From Candidatus Peregrinibacteria bacterium (GTDB taxonomy: Bacteria > Patescibacteriota > Gracilibacteria > UBA1369), in NCBI GenBank assembly GCA_963708185.1, contig OY970195.1:480001-544000 (forward strand): a stretch of DNA of 64,000 nucleotides, written 5' to 3'. This document shows, in pieces, positions 1 through 9,227 of the stretch. A program made the position numbers and the translations under genes. The notes beneath the pieces were generated by a model, which made no database searches, was not told where the DNA came from, and saw only the letters and a program-made list of their open reading frames with translations. Each line of letters begins with the position of its first letter. The first letter of the stretch is position 1.

Positions 1-1
1 T

Positions 2-127
2 TTTGAACTTTGCAGAAGGCAGTTCAAGGGTTTTGAGGTCCTTTCCATGGGGATGAGTCATGATTTCAAGATCGCCATCGAGGAAGGTTCAACCGAAGTG
101 AGGATCGGCAGGTACTTTTTCGAGTGA
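2..127 (+). CDS. yggS: YggS/PROSC family PLP-binding protein, C-terminal fragment (cut by window edge)
   Basis: Not in the ORF track; frame 2 reads ...LSMGMSHDFKIAIEEGSTEVRIGRYFFE*, the YggS C-terminal signature. Confidence 0.9.
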   Translation, partial: FELCRRQFKGFEVLSMGMSHDFKIAIEEGSTEVRIGRYFFE

Positions 128-194
128 TGGTGTGCGCATTAGCTTTGAGATTGTGCCTGTTTCTGTTATGATACAGGTAAATTTATTTTTAAGA

Positions 195-665
195 ATGAAA
201 AAGTTTTTCCAGCGTTCGGCGGCTGCCATCCTTCTTTTCTTCGGTTTTATCGTGGGTTTTCTTCCGCCAATGGCGGTACAGGCGCAGCAGTTTTCTTTGT
301 TGCCGCAAGCAGCTCCTGGGACGGATTGTAAGAGCACCATTGATAGTTTTGAAGCTACGCCGGATCAGGCTTCTTACATCAAAGGTGATCGTGACAACAT
401 TCTTGGCTGCGGGATCCAGACCGGACGTATTTCGCTGTTCATGGTCCCTTATTACATTTCCTATATCATCAATTTCCTCCTGGCGTTGTCGGGGCTCATC
501 AGTGTTCTCTTCATCGTCATCGGTGGATACCGTTATGTTGTCGGCGGATTGATCGACGAGAAGGAAAAAGGCAAGAATGCCATCAAAAATGCTCTTATGG
601 GCATGGGTTTGGCCCTGCTGGCCTGGACAATTGTTACCGTTATCATGAGTGCCGTTACCGGCTAA
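195..665 (+). CDS. VirB2/TrbC-like (T4SS-type) pilin of the kind common in Patescibacteria
   Basis: Signal peptide, two Cys, then two hydrophobic helices around GGYRYV...EKEKGKNAIKNALMG; ATG at 195 preferred over GTG at 132. Confidence 0.7.
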   Translation: MKKFFQRSAAAILLFFGFIVGFLPPMAVQAQQFSLLPQAAPGTDCKSTIDSFEATPDQASYIKGDRDNILGCGIQTGRISLFMVPYYISYIINFLLALSGLISVLFIVIGGYRYVVGGLIDEKEKGKNAIKNALMGMGLALLAWTIVTVIMSAVTG

Positions 666-669
666 ATCT

Positions 670-1857
670 ATGAAAAAGAAAAATCCACTCCAGAAAATTT
701 TGAAAGGTACGCAGAAAAGTCTTGCCGATTTTCAAAGTAAAATCAGTCACCTGAAACAGCACCACGAACATAAAATGGAGAAGAAGGTTGCACCTCCGCC
801 TCCTGCGACCAAGGAGCTCAATAAAGTCGTGTTGGAAGTTTCGGCAGGCACGATCGCGAAATCAACGGCAGTGGTGCTTTTATTGCTTCTGCTTCTGTAT
901 TTTCTCTACCAGATCAGCGGCATTTTGGTCCTGTTATTCGTTTCTTTCCTGTTAGCCGCCGCCCTTGATCCGATTGTGGATTTTTTACAAAAACGCAAGA
1001 TCCCACGTAGCCTCGGCGTGCTCATCATCTATGTCGTCATTTTTTATGTTCTGGGCGTTTCTTTGTCGAGTCTCGTCCCCCTTATCGCGAAACAGGTTGT
1101 TGATATCGGTAAAGCTGTCGCTGAGTTCGTCCAAAACCTGACTTCCAACACGACACAGATGTCCCCCCTGGCGAAACAGTTTAAGCCTTTGTTTGACCAG
1201 CTCTATCAGGCGATAGACATCAAAACCGCCGCTGAACAGATCCAGTCGGCGCTCCAGGTCGTCGCGGCACAGCTGCTGAACATCTCCTTCGGATTGATGA
1301 ACCTTGTCCTGGTCCTCGTTCTGACTTTTTTCATGACCGTGGAAGAACGTGCGCTCCATGATTTCTTTTTGTCTCTTTTCCCATCCAGATATGGCAATTA
1401 TATTTCGACGAGAATGGAAGCCGTCAAAGAGAAGATAGGTCATTGGCTGCGCGGCCAGCTCCTGCTTTCTTTGGTTGCAGGTGTCCTGACCTATGTCGGG
1501 CTGCTCGTGCTTAACGTGGATTACGCACTCACGCTCGCCGTCATCGCCGGTATTTTGATGGTTATTCCGGTGATGGGTCGTGTTTTTGCCTGGCTTTTTA
1601 CCCTTCCGGTCGTCTTGAACCAGTCTCCCCTGCTTGCGTTGTGGGTTACGATCTACTATTTCATTCTCATGCAGGTTGAAAACAACGTCCTCGTGCCTTA
1701 CATCATGAACAAGGTTGTCGGACTCAGCCCGATCATCGTCATTTTCGCGATGCTTGTCGGATCACAATATTTGGGGATTCTCGGCCTGGTCATTTCGATA
1801 CCCATCGCAACGTCGGTGGCGATTTTCGTGAAGGACTACATGGAGAAATCGAAGTAA
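670..1857 (+). CDS. AI-2E (PerM/YdiK-like) family membrane transporter
   Basis: LAAALDPIVDFL...IPR, WLRGQL, QVENNVLVPYIM...GLSP, GLVISIPIA motifs; multiple TM segments. Confidence 0.9.
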   Translation: MKKKNPLQKILKGTQKSLADFQSKISHLKQHHEHKMEKKVAPPPPATKELNKVVLEVSAGTIAKSTAVVLLLLLLLYFLYQISGILVLLFVSFLLAAALDPIVDFLQKRKIPRSLGVLIIYVVIFYVLGVSLSSLVPLIAKQVVDIGKAVAEFVQNLTSNTTQMSPLAKQFKPLFDQLYQAIDIKTAAEQIQSALQVVAAQLLNISFGLMNLVLVLVLTFFMTVEERALHDFFLSLFPSRYGNYISTRMEAVKEKIGHWLRGQLLLSLVAGVLTYVGLLVLNVDYALTLAVIAGILMVIPVMGRVFAWLFTLPVVLNQSPLLALWVTIYYFILMQVENNVLVPYIMNKVVGLSPIIVIFAMLVGSQYLGILGLVISIPIATSVAIFVKDYMEKSK

Positions 1858-1865
1858 AAAACACT

Positions 1866-3050
1866 TCAGGCTTTCATGACGGATTCGAACACCTCAAGCG
1901 TCTCTGAAGCGCACTTTTTCCAGCTGAATTTTTTGAGCTGGTGTTCCATGTTTTGGATCAGCCTGGTTCGAACTTCAGGTTTTTTTATACGTTCAAAAGC
2001 AGAGGCAATTTCCTCAGGAGATTCCGGGTCTACCAGCAAAGCTGCGTCTCCTGCTATTTCGGGCATGGAACTCACATTTGAGGTTATGACCGGCGTTCCG
2101 CATTTCATGGCTTCCAGAATGGGCAGTCCGAAGCCTTCGAAGAAGGACGGGTACAGGAAGGCATCTGCGTGCTTCATGACCGACGCTTTGTCTTCCTCGT
2201 CGATGAATCCCGTGAATACGATGTCGTCATGGTTTTCATGCAAGACTTTCGAGAAAATTTTTGGGTTCTTCGATCCGGCGATGACAAGTCTGGTCGTATC
2301 GCCGTGGTTGTTTTTTTTAAAGATGATGAACGAACGCACGAGATTTTTGATGTTTTTTCGCGGTTCTATCGTGGAAAGGAACAAAAAATAGTTTTCCGGT
2401 AAACCGTATCTTCTTCTGATATGTCGAAAATTATTTTCCACATCGTTTGTACCGAAATTGTCATCGACGGCTTCGTGAATGACGGTTATTTTTTCGGCAT
2501 CGGTTTTGTAGGTGTTTTCGAGATCCTTTTTTGTCGCATCTGAAACCGCAATAATACGGTCACTGGTCGAAATTTCTCTTTTCGGCTTCATAAGTTTGTA
2601 CCAGAGCCTCGTTTTCCATGAGAAAAACTGTTTGTAGTGCTCAAAGGACAGGTCATGAACGACCGTTATCTTTTTTACTATCTTACTCAGTGCACTGGGG
2701 CGCAGGTCGGGCATGAAAAATATATCCAGACGATCTGTTTTCATCGTTGAAGGCTTTTGGGATGGATTTTTGCGGAAGTATTTCGTGATGAGTTTGTCGA
2801 GCCTTGGGCGGTGGAACAACCAAAGCTCCATATTGAGGATTTTGTTGGGGATTTTTGTTTGGATGAGAGAGACGTTTTCTGCTTCAAAATTCGGAATGAT
2901 CGGACGGACATCTTTTGCCGCATTCGCATAAAGAATATAGGTGTTTTTTTTGTCCTTTTTGAAAAGCTCTCGAAGAAGGTGGAGTAGGTAGATTTCGATA
3001 CCGCTGAGTTTTCCTTCCATCAACGGGCGAACATCAATGACAATATTCAT
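1866..3050 (-). CDS. Glycosyltransferase family 4
   Basis: VHDL, STIEPRKNI, FLYPSFFEGFGLPILEAM (EX7E). Confidence 0.92.
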   Translation of the reverse strand: MNIVIDVRPLMEGKLSGIEIYLLHLLRELFKKDKKNTYILYANAAKDVRPIIPNFEAENVSLIQTKIPNKILNMELWLFHRPRLDKLITKYFRKNPSQKPSTMKTDRLDIFFMPDLRPSALSKIVKKITVVHDLSFEHYKQFFSWKTRLWYKLMKPKREISTSDRIIAVSDATKKDLENTYKTDAEKITVIHEAVDDNFGTNDVENNFRHIRRRYGLPENYFLFLSTIEPRKNIKNLVRSFIIFKKNNHGDTTRLVIAGSKNPKIFSKVLHENHDDIVFTGFIDEEDKASVMKHADAFLYPSFFEGFGLPILEAMKCGTPVITSNVSSMPEIAGDAALLVDPESPEEIASAFERIKKPEVRTRLIQNMEHQLKKFSWKKCASETLEVFESVMKA

Positions 3051-3979
3051 GTTTCCACGATAACGAGATCAAATGAGGCTGATAAAAGCGTTTGAATTTT
3101 TTCCAGATCGTCGACCGCGGTTTTTCCGAGTCTGCAAATGACGACGTGGTGATCCTTGTCGTTGATTTTCAGGCTGTCCTTAGGAAAATCAACCAGGTGA
3201 AAAGTTTTACTTTTCATCATCTTTTCCAGTTTTCCGGTGAGATGGGTTAACCCGGGTCCGGCGGTGATGAGTTGAACGCTTTTACCGGGTATTTTGTGCA
3301 GATAGGCCACGAGAAAACTGAGCGACCGGTCTTTTGGTCGAAGATTTTTCAGAGTTTCGATGGCATTTTTTTTGAGGATTTCTGACGCCTGCTGGGGTGA
3401 GGATATTTTACGAAAAAGATACTCATATCCGTAGAGCGCGAACGAAGCCAGGACCAGACCGGCGAGGACGCCAATAATTCCGAAAAGAAGAAGTGACAAC
3501 GGTTTTTCTTTGGTGCTTGCTTCGAGAACGGCGGTCTGGAAATGATCGTTCGTCATCAAATCGTATGACGATATTTCGTTGTTCAGCTGATCTTTGATGA
3601 CCGCACCGATTTTATCGGCCTCAGACTTTGTGGACGTTGAATAGGTCACAACTACGTTGGTTTTTTCCTGTTTACGGGCGCTTATATCCGTTATCGATGC
3701 AGCGGAAGCATTTATTCGATCAATAAACTGGGGATTTTTAAACCATCCCATGACGGTTTCGCTGAACTGGTCCGCTGCCTGAACGCTTTCGTAAATTCCT
3801 GACTGAGCGTTTTCCAAAGGTTGCTGGCTGCTTCCTATACTCAGGAAAACCGTGGTTTCAAACGGTTTATTGTTTTTCCATTGAACAAGAACGATTGCGC
3901 TCAGCGTGACCACGGCGGTGATGACAAGGCATGGTGCCCAGCGTCGTCTGACAAGAGCGAGATAATCTAGAAAATTCAT
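3047..3979 (-). CDS. Wzz/CapA-like polysaccharide co-polymerase with a degenerate Wzc-like C-terminal domain
   Basis: MNFLDYLALVRRRW start, TM-loop-TM topology, lies between two GT4 genes; ATG at 3979. Confidence 0.6.
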   Translation of the reverse strand: MNFLDYLALVRRRWAPCLVITAVVTLSAIVLVQWKNNKPFETTVFLSIGSSQQPLENAQSGIYESVQAADQFSETVMGWFKNPQFIDRINASAASITDISARKQEKTNVVVTYSTSTKSEADKIGAVIKDQLNNEISSYDLMTNDHFQTAVLEASTKEKPLSLLLFGIIGVLAGLVLASFALYGYEYLFRKISSPQQASEILKKNAIETLKNLRPKDRSLSFLVAYLHKIPGKSVQLITAGPGLTHLTGKLEKMMKSKTFHLVDFPKDSLKINDKDHHVVICRLGKTAVDDLEKIQTLLSASFDLVIVET

Positions 3980-3993
3980 AGTTGTTGTAAAAA

Positions 3994-5118
3994 TTATTTC
4001 ATTCCCATTTCTTTTTGCCAGGTTTCCCATTTTTTCTCAAGAAAATCAAGGATTTTTGCGTTAAAAACCCGACGGTCGAACTTTTCGGCGTGATCGCGGA
4101 TGGATTCGTGCCTGAATTTCAGAGTTTCGAATTTTTCGACGGCTCCCCGGAGCGAAAGAGGGTTTTGTTCGTCAAAATATATTCCGGTTTTTTTGTCGAC
4201 GACCGTTTCAAGCGCTCCGCCTTTATTATAGGCGATAACAGGACAACCAGAAGCCATCGCTTCGAGAGGCGTGATGCCAAAATCTTCAACCTGGGGAAAA
4301 ATCAACGCACGTGCGTCCGAATAGAGTTCCCGGAGTGTCTCGTCATCAACCCGTCCCATGAATTGGATGTTCGGCCCGGCGGTTTGAGCGAGTTTTTTAT
4401 AAGCGATTCCGGTTCCGACAATCTTCAGGGGGAGACCGAGCTTATTAAAGGCATCGATAATAAGGTCGAATTTTTTATAAGGAGTCAGTCTTCCCACGGC
4501 GAGATAGAAGTTCTGCCGTCTGGTTTTTACCTTATAGCCCTGTGTGTCGACGAAAGGATAGATCACGCTCGACGTTCTACGGTAGTATTTGAATATTCTA
4601 TTCTGAACATGTTGGGAATTGGCAATGAAGTAGTCTACCCTGTCCGCGCTCAGGCGGTCCCACATCCTGATGTTATGCATAAAAAGGGGCGCAAGTTTTT
4701 TTATGAGCGGATGGATTTCGTATTCTCGAATGTAAGCAAGGCTGTTTTCCCAGGCGTAACGCATCGGTGAATGGCAGTAACAAACGTGGAGTGTCTCAGG
4801 TTTTGTGATGATCCCTTTGGCGCACGAGTGAGAACTTGAAATGACAATATCGTAAGCGTTGAGATCAAACCTTTCGAAAACCGAAGGCATCAGGCCAAGG
4901 TACATCTGATGTTTGGTTTTTGCCCAGGGCATATGCTGCAGGTAAGAGGTGTGGATGACAGCATGTTCAAACCCCTCCATTTTTTCAGGATTGTAGATCG
5001 AGGTGTAGATCGGCGCTTTCGGAAAAAGCTGATGAAGCGCCAAAATCACTTTTTCCGCACCGCCCATGTTGGTGAGCCAGTCACAGACTATCGCGATTTT
5101 GAGATGTTTCAGCGACAT
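3994..5118 (-). CDS. Glycosyltransferase family 4
   Basis: DWLTNMGGAEKV, CHSPMRYAW, EDFGITPLEAMASG. Confidence 0.92.
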   Translation of the reverse strand: MSLKHLKIAIVCDWLTNMGGAEKVILALHQLFPKAPIYTSIYNPEKMEGFEHAVIHTSYLQHMPWAKTKHQMYLGLMPSVFERFDLNAYDIVISSSHSCAKGIITKPETLHVCYCHSPMRYAWENSLAYIREYEIHPLIKKLAPLFMHNIRMWDRLSADRVDYFIANSQHVQNRIFKYYRRTSSVIYPFVDTQGYKVKTRRQNFYLAVGRLTPYKKFDLIIDAFNKLGLPLKIVGTGIAYKKLAQTAGPNIQFMGRVDDETLRELYSDARALIFPQVEDFGITPLEAMASGCPVIAYNKGGALETVVDKKTGIYFDEQNPLSLRGAVEKFETLKFRHESIRDHAEKFDRRVFNAKILDFLEKKWETWQKEMGMK

Positions 5119-5186
5119 GAAAAAATTAGCATTTTGATATGCTCACATGATAGGGATTTTTCTTTCTGCCGTAAAGGGAAGCTGGG

Positions 5187-6350
5187 TTACGGTTCGTCGG
5201 GGTGCAACGTGATCGAGGTATTTTGATCCGCTGCTTTTTTACCATGCACTTTATTCTTTTCCTTTACCAGTTTGGCGATGCTTTCATTGGTTTCTTTTTC
5301 GGGAAAAAGTTTTTTGAGAATTTTTACGTAGATATTTTTTTGATCCATCTTGTCGACAGCCTGTGCCTTAAAGAGCTGGATGATTTTGTTGTCAGGATCA
5401 CGCTGAAGAAGACGTTCACAGATGTGAAGGACGTCAACGTAGCGTTTGTCCTTGAACCACATTCCTACAAGTTCTATCACGACCTCTTCGTCGGTTTTTG
5501 CCATCGTTGAAGCGCGCTGTTCGTCGATGTCCGTGACCATAATGAGATGGCCGGCTCTCCTTTTAAGGAGATGTCTGAGTACGAGATAACCAATGACTAC
5601 AAAGGGAACGACAACCAGAATTTCGTTGAATTGAAGGAGGAAGTCGAACGTAGCATGGAGAGTCATGGCGATAAAGAGACCTTTGAGGATCATCTGTTCC
5701 TTGAAAGCCTGGCTTCTGGGCATGCCGGTTATTTTGCTCAGGAAGTTCGTAAGATAAAGTTTTTTACCGATCCACCGGGATTCTTCTCGGATATTGAGCG
5801 AGAATTTCCCGATTCCGTAGTAGTAACCGAAGAAACCCGAGAAAATGAGATGGGCGCAGGTCGTAAAGATGGAGCGGAAAGTGTAGGCGATGAAGAGCTG
5901 CTGAAACCCGAGGTTTGTCCATATGCTGTAAATGTAGAAGATATTTTCGGCGAAAGAAAATCCCAAGGCGGAGACCAGGCTGAACTGAATGGAGTCATTG
6001 ATCGTTTCGATCAAGAGGAAGTGTCGGTCTGCAAATCTTATAAAGGACTGTTTGACGATCTCTTCCGTAATGCCGACGGCGATAAAAAGGATCAGGAATC
6101 CTGTGTTTTGATCGTTTATCTTTGCCTGAAGAAAGTTAACGATATCAAACTGGGGGAAAAGGTTGAGGAAATACTGGAGGGCAAAGATGAGGCCTACTGA
6201 AAAAATTCCTCCAAGGAATATGAGTATTTGCAGTCCCTTTTTTTTGGTTTTTTTAAAAAGAAAGCTTAACCAAATAAGCGCTGGTATGAATGCCAGTAAA
6301 GCAGAGAGAGCGTAGTACGTCAGCGTTCCTCCTGGCATCGGCAAGTTCAA
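5187..6350 (-). CDS. prsW: PrsW family glutamic-type intramembrane protease with a cytoplasmic TPR-like tail
   Basis: EEIVK, GFSFAEN, AHLIFSG, LHATFD motifs; many TM helices. Confidence 0.85.
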   Translation of the reverse strand: MNLPMPGGTLTYYALSALLAFIPALIWLSFLFKKTKKKGLQILIFLGGIFSVGLIFALQYFLNLFPQFDIVNFLQAKINDQNTGFLILFIAVGITEEIVKQSFIRFADRHFLLIETINDSIQFSLVSALGFSFAENIFYIYSIWTNLGFQQLFIAYTFRSIFTTCAHLIFSGFFGYYYGIGKFSLNIREESRWIGKKLYLTNFLSKITGMPRSQAFKEQMILKGLFIAMTLHATFDFLLQFNEILVVVPFVVIGYLVLRHLLKRRAGHLIMVTDIDEQRASTMAKTDEEVVIELVGMWFKDKRYVDVLHICERLLQRDPDNKIIQLFKAQAVDKMDQKNIYVKILKKLFPEKETNESIAKLVKEKNKVHGKKAADQNTSITLHPDEP

Positions 6351-6356
6351 AATGGA

Positions 6357-6785
6357 TTAAGCAGCGGGGGGGGTGGAAGTTGGGGTCGGTGCAGGTGCTG
6401 CTCCAGGGGCATCCTGTCGCAGCAAAGCGAACTTGGCTTCGTCGAGGGTGTTATAGCAGTTGATGAGCTGGGTCAAACCAACAACCTGAAGAATATCGAG
6501 GATGTTACTTCGGGCCTTGGCAATGACGATTTTTCCGTGGCCTTCTGTGACTTTTCCGTACCAATCGGTCAGGTATCCGATGGATTTGCTGTTCATGTAT
6601 TCCAGTTCTTCGAAATCCATCAGCAAATAAAGATTCTGCGGATTCTGTTCGATCAGGGCGTAGATAATTTTGGCTTTTTCGTCGACATTGCTTTCGTCAA
6701 GCTGCCCCTGGAATTTTACGATTTTCGCTACCTGTCCCTGTGTTGTGGCAGGAATATCTTCGATGGTTATGTTTACTTGAGTCAT
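6357..6785 (-). CDS. STAS-domain anti-sigma factor antagonist (RsbV/SpoIIAA-like)
   Basis: GQLD, LLMDFEELEYMNSKSIGYL, ILQVVGL; Pro/Ala tail. Confidence 0.88.
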   Translation of the reverse strand: MTQVNITIEDIPATTQGQVAKIVKFQGQLDESNVDEKAKIIYALIEQNPQNLYLLMDFEELEYMNSKSIGYLTDWYGKVTEGHGKIVIAKARSNILDILQVVGLTQLINCYNTLDEAKFALLRQDAPGAAPAPTPTSTPPAA

Positions 6786-6814
6786 AGCAGGAAATTTAAT
6801 TATTTATTTTTAAT

Positions 6815-7345
6815 TTAGTTTAACACAAGATGAGTCGGACTTTCTAGATATTGTGTCATTTCTTTAAGTTTCGGGTCATTGAGGAATTTTTTGATTCTTA
6901 CCTCGATGCCGCCTTCGGGAATGTCTTTGAATTCCAGTTCATCCGTCCATTCGGCAACGATCTTGGAAAGACCTCTTCCTCTGATACCAGTATGAACGTA
7001 GTTGGGGTTACGGCGTTCATCAATGATTTTTTTCAGTTCGTCGGCTTTCATTTTGTTTTTGCCGGTTCCGGTATCCCTGACGTAAATTTCAATGCTGTCA
7101 TGGGGATAGCTTATGAACGTAATGGTTATGTCCTGTCCAGGCGCGGATCCGTGCTCGATGGCGTTGTTGCAAAGCTCGTCAACGATTGACTGGAAACGGA
7201 ACGCCCACTGTTCGGAAAATTCCGTCATGTTGCGGATCAATCCAAGCGTAAAGTTACGGATTCCCGACATAAAATACGCGTTGGTCGGTAATGTAATCGT
7301 AATTTTTACCGGTTTGGTTTCCAGTGATTGTGGGTTGTTTTCCAT
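6815..7345 (-). CDS. RsbW/SpoIIAB-like anti-sigma serine kinase (HATPase_c_2)
   Basis: N-box ELCNNAIEHG, G1 DTGTG, G2 RGRGL; no HisKA domain; ATG at 7345. Confidence 0.88.
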   Translation of the reverse strand: MENNPQSLETKPVKITITLPTNAYFMSGIRNFTLGLIRNMTEFSEQWAFRFQSIVDELCNNAIEHGSAPGQDITITFISYPHDSIEIYVRDTGTGKNKMKADELKKIIDERRNPNYVHTGIRGRGLSKIVAEWTDELEFKDIPEGGIEVRIKKFLNDPKLKEMTQYLESPTHLVLN

Positions 7346-7607
7346 AATGTCCAACACAAATTTATCTGAATATTGTATCAATTTTTCCTTAATTTGTCAA
7401 AACAGGGTCCTTTTTTACGGTTTTCTTCTCTTTCATTGATTTTAAGCTAAAATTCCTTGCATTCCAAATGCTTTTCCATTAAAGTTGGCCTGTTATTTTT
7501 ATTTATATTTGTCTTTTGATTGCGTCATCCTGTCGTAATTCTTGAAGGACTAACAAGGGCTATGAACTAAGCGCAAGATGATAAAGGCAAATTAACCCCA
7601 AGGATTT

Positions 7608-8318
7608 ATGGCTCAAACTACGTCCAAAGTCGATACCAAGGTCGACGTTAAAGAAATGCTTGAAGCTGCTGTGCACTTCGGGCATAAAACCCAGAAATGG
7701 AATCCAAAAATGAAGAAATTCATTTTTACGTCAAAGAACGGGATCCATATTTTTGACTTGGAAAAAACGAAGGTTTGCCTCGAAAAGGCACTTGATTTCA
7801 TTTCCAAGACAGCTTCCAGCGGTAAGAAGATACTTTTTGTAAGTACCAAGCCTCAATCCGCACATCTTGTTATAGAGGCGGCAGAAGCCTGCAACATGCC
7901 TTACGTTATTCATAAATGGATGGGTGGGCTCTTGACGAATTTCAATACCATCAAGCAACGTATCAGATACCTTAAGAACCTCAAGGATCAGGAAAAAGCG
8001 GGCGATTTTGAGAAATATACGAAGAAAGAAGCATCGGAATTGAGAAAAACCATTGAAAAGCTGGAATCTGCTCTCGGTGGCGTACGTGATCTCGATTCCC
8101 TTCCTGACGTTGTGTTCGTCGTGGACGCTTTGAGGGATAGAATTGCCGTAAATGAAGCCAATAAGATGAAAATCCCAGTTGTTGGAATCGTTGACTCGAA
8201 TGCTGATCCAGACGGCGTTGACTATGCTATTCCCGGAAATGACGATGCTGTTAAGTCCCTCAGTTATTTGATTCAAAAGGTGAAATATGGTATATTAGAT
8301 GGGAAAGGTATACGTTAA
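7608..8318 (+). CDS. rpsB: 30S ribosomal protein S2
   Basis: AVHFGH...WNPKM, KWMGGLLTNF, DSNADP, PGNDDA. Confidence 0.98.
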   Translation: MAQTTSKVDTKVDVKEMLEAAVHFGHKTQKWNPKMKKFIFTSKNGIHIFDLEKTKVCLEKALDFISKTASSGKKILFVSTKPQSAHLVIEAAEACNMPYVIHKWMGGLLTNFNTIKQRIRYLKNLKDQEKAGDFEKYTKKEASELRKTIEKLESALGGVRDLDSLPDVVFVVDALRDRIAVNEANKMKIPVVGIVDSNADPDGVDYAIPGNDDAVKSLSYLIQKVKYGILDGKGIR

Positions 8319-8344
8319 TCTGTAATATTTAGCTTTACCTCGCA

Positions 8345-9178
8345 ATGGCTGATACTGTCCCTTCACCACAGCAGCCGGCCCCAGAAAGCCAAAATAAAGC
8401 TCCTGTACCGGCTCAAAACCAGCCCCAGCCTTCAGCTGAAAAACCTGCTCCATCAATGACGGAGCAAGCCGGTCAACAGACTCAACAGGCTATGAATCAG
8501 GCCCAACAGACCGTTGGACAGGTTCAGCAGACCGGAAAGCAGATCACGCAGGGGGCGCAGCAGGTTATGGGACAGGCTCAACAGGTCACGAATCAAGCAG
8601 GACAGGTTTTGGGACAAGCTGCTCAATTGTTAACTGCTAAGCCATCGGAACCTCAACCTCCTGTCACCCAGGACGAAAAGATTTGGGCGGCATTATCTTA
8701 TGTCCCCATGGTCGCACTCGTGGCTTTTCTTCTCAAGCCGAAGAGTGCATATGTGAAACTCCATGGTAAGCAGGGATTGCTGATTTTTTTGATTTTCTTC
8801 TTTTCGATTTTCCTTTACATTATACTTCCGCCGCTTGGTCCTCTGCTTGGAGGACTCGTGCAGCTCGCCATGTTCGTGATTGGAATATTCTCGATTTATC
8901 AGGCTATCTCGGGAAACTGGTGGAAAATTCCCGTGTTAGGTCAGATTTCAGATATGCTTCCTGTTGATATGTTCACAAACGTCGCAACCCAGGCGATTAC
9001 CGGCCAGGAAACTCCCGCTACCGGGGAATCGAATGATCCTGGAGCAACAGAGGCGGAACAACAGTCTGCGCCACAAGAAAAAGCAGCTGATACAACCCCT
9101 CCTCCTGCACCTGATCAAAATCCTTCACAACCACCGGCAGAACCCCCTCCTCAGAACAATCCTCCTGTCCAGCAATAA
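8345..9178 (+). CDS. DUF4870-like membrane protein with Pro/Gln-rich disordered termini
   Basis: DEKIWAALSY...YVKLHGKQG...AISGNWWKIPVLG core; Gln-rich repeats. Confidence 0.65.
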   Translation: MADTVPSPQQPAPESQNKAPVPAQNQPQPSAEKPAPSMTEQAGQQTQQAMNQAQQTVGQVQQTGKQITQGAQQVMGQAQQVTNQAGQVLGQAAQLLTAKPSEPQPPVTQDEKIWAALSYVPMVALVAFLLKPKSAYVKLHGKQGLLIFLIFFFSIFLYIILPPLGPLLGGLVQLAMFVIGIFSIYQAISGNWWKIPVLGQISDMLPVDMFTNVATQAITGQETPATGESNDPGATEAEQQSAPQEKAADTTPPPAPDQNPSQPPAEPPPQNNPPVQQ

Positions 9179-9227
9179 TAACTTTACGTTCTATCTTCTC
9201 TATTTATCTCTCTAATCTCTTTTTGTT

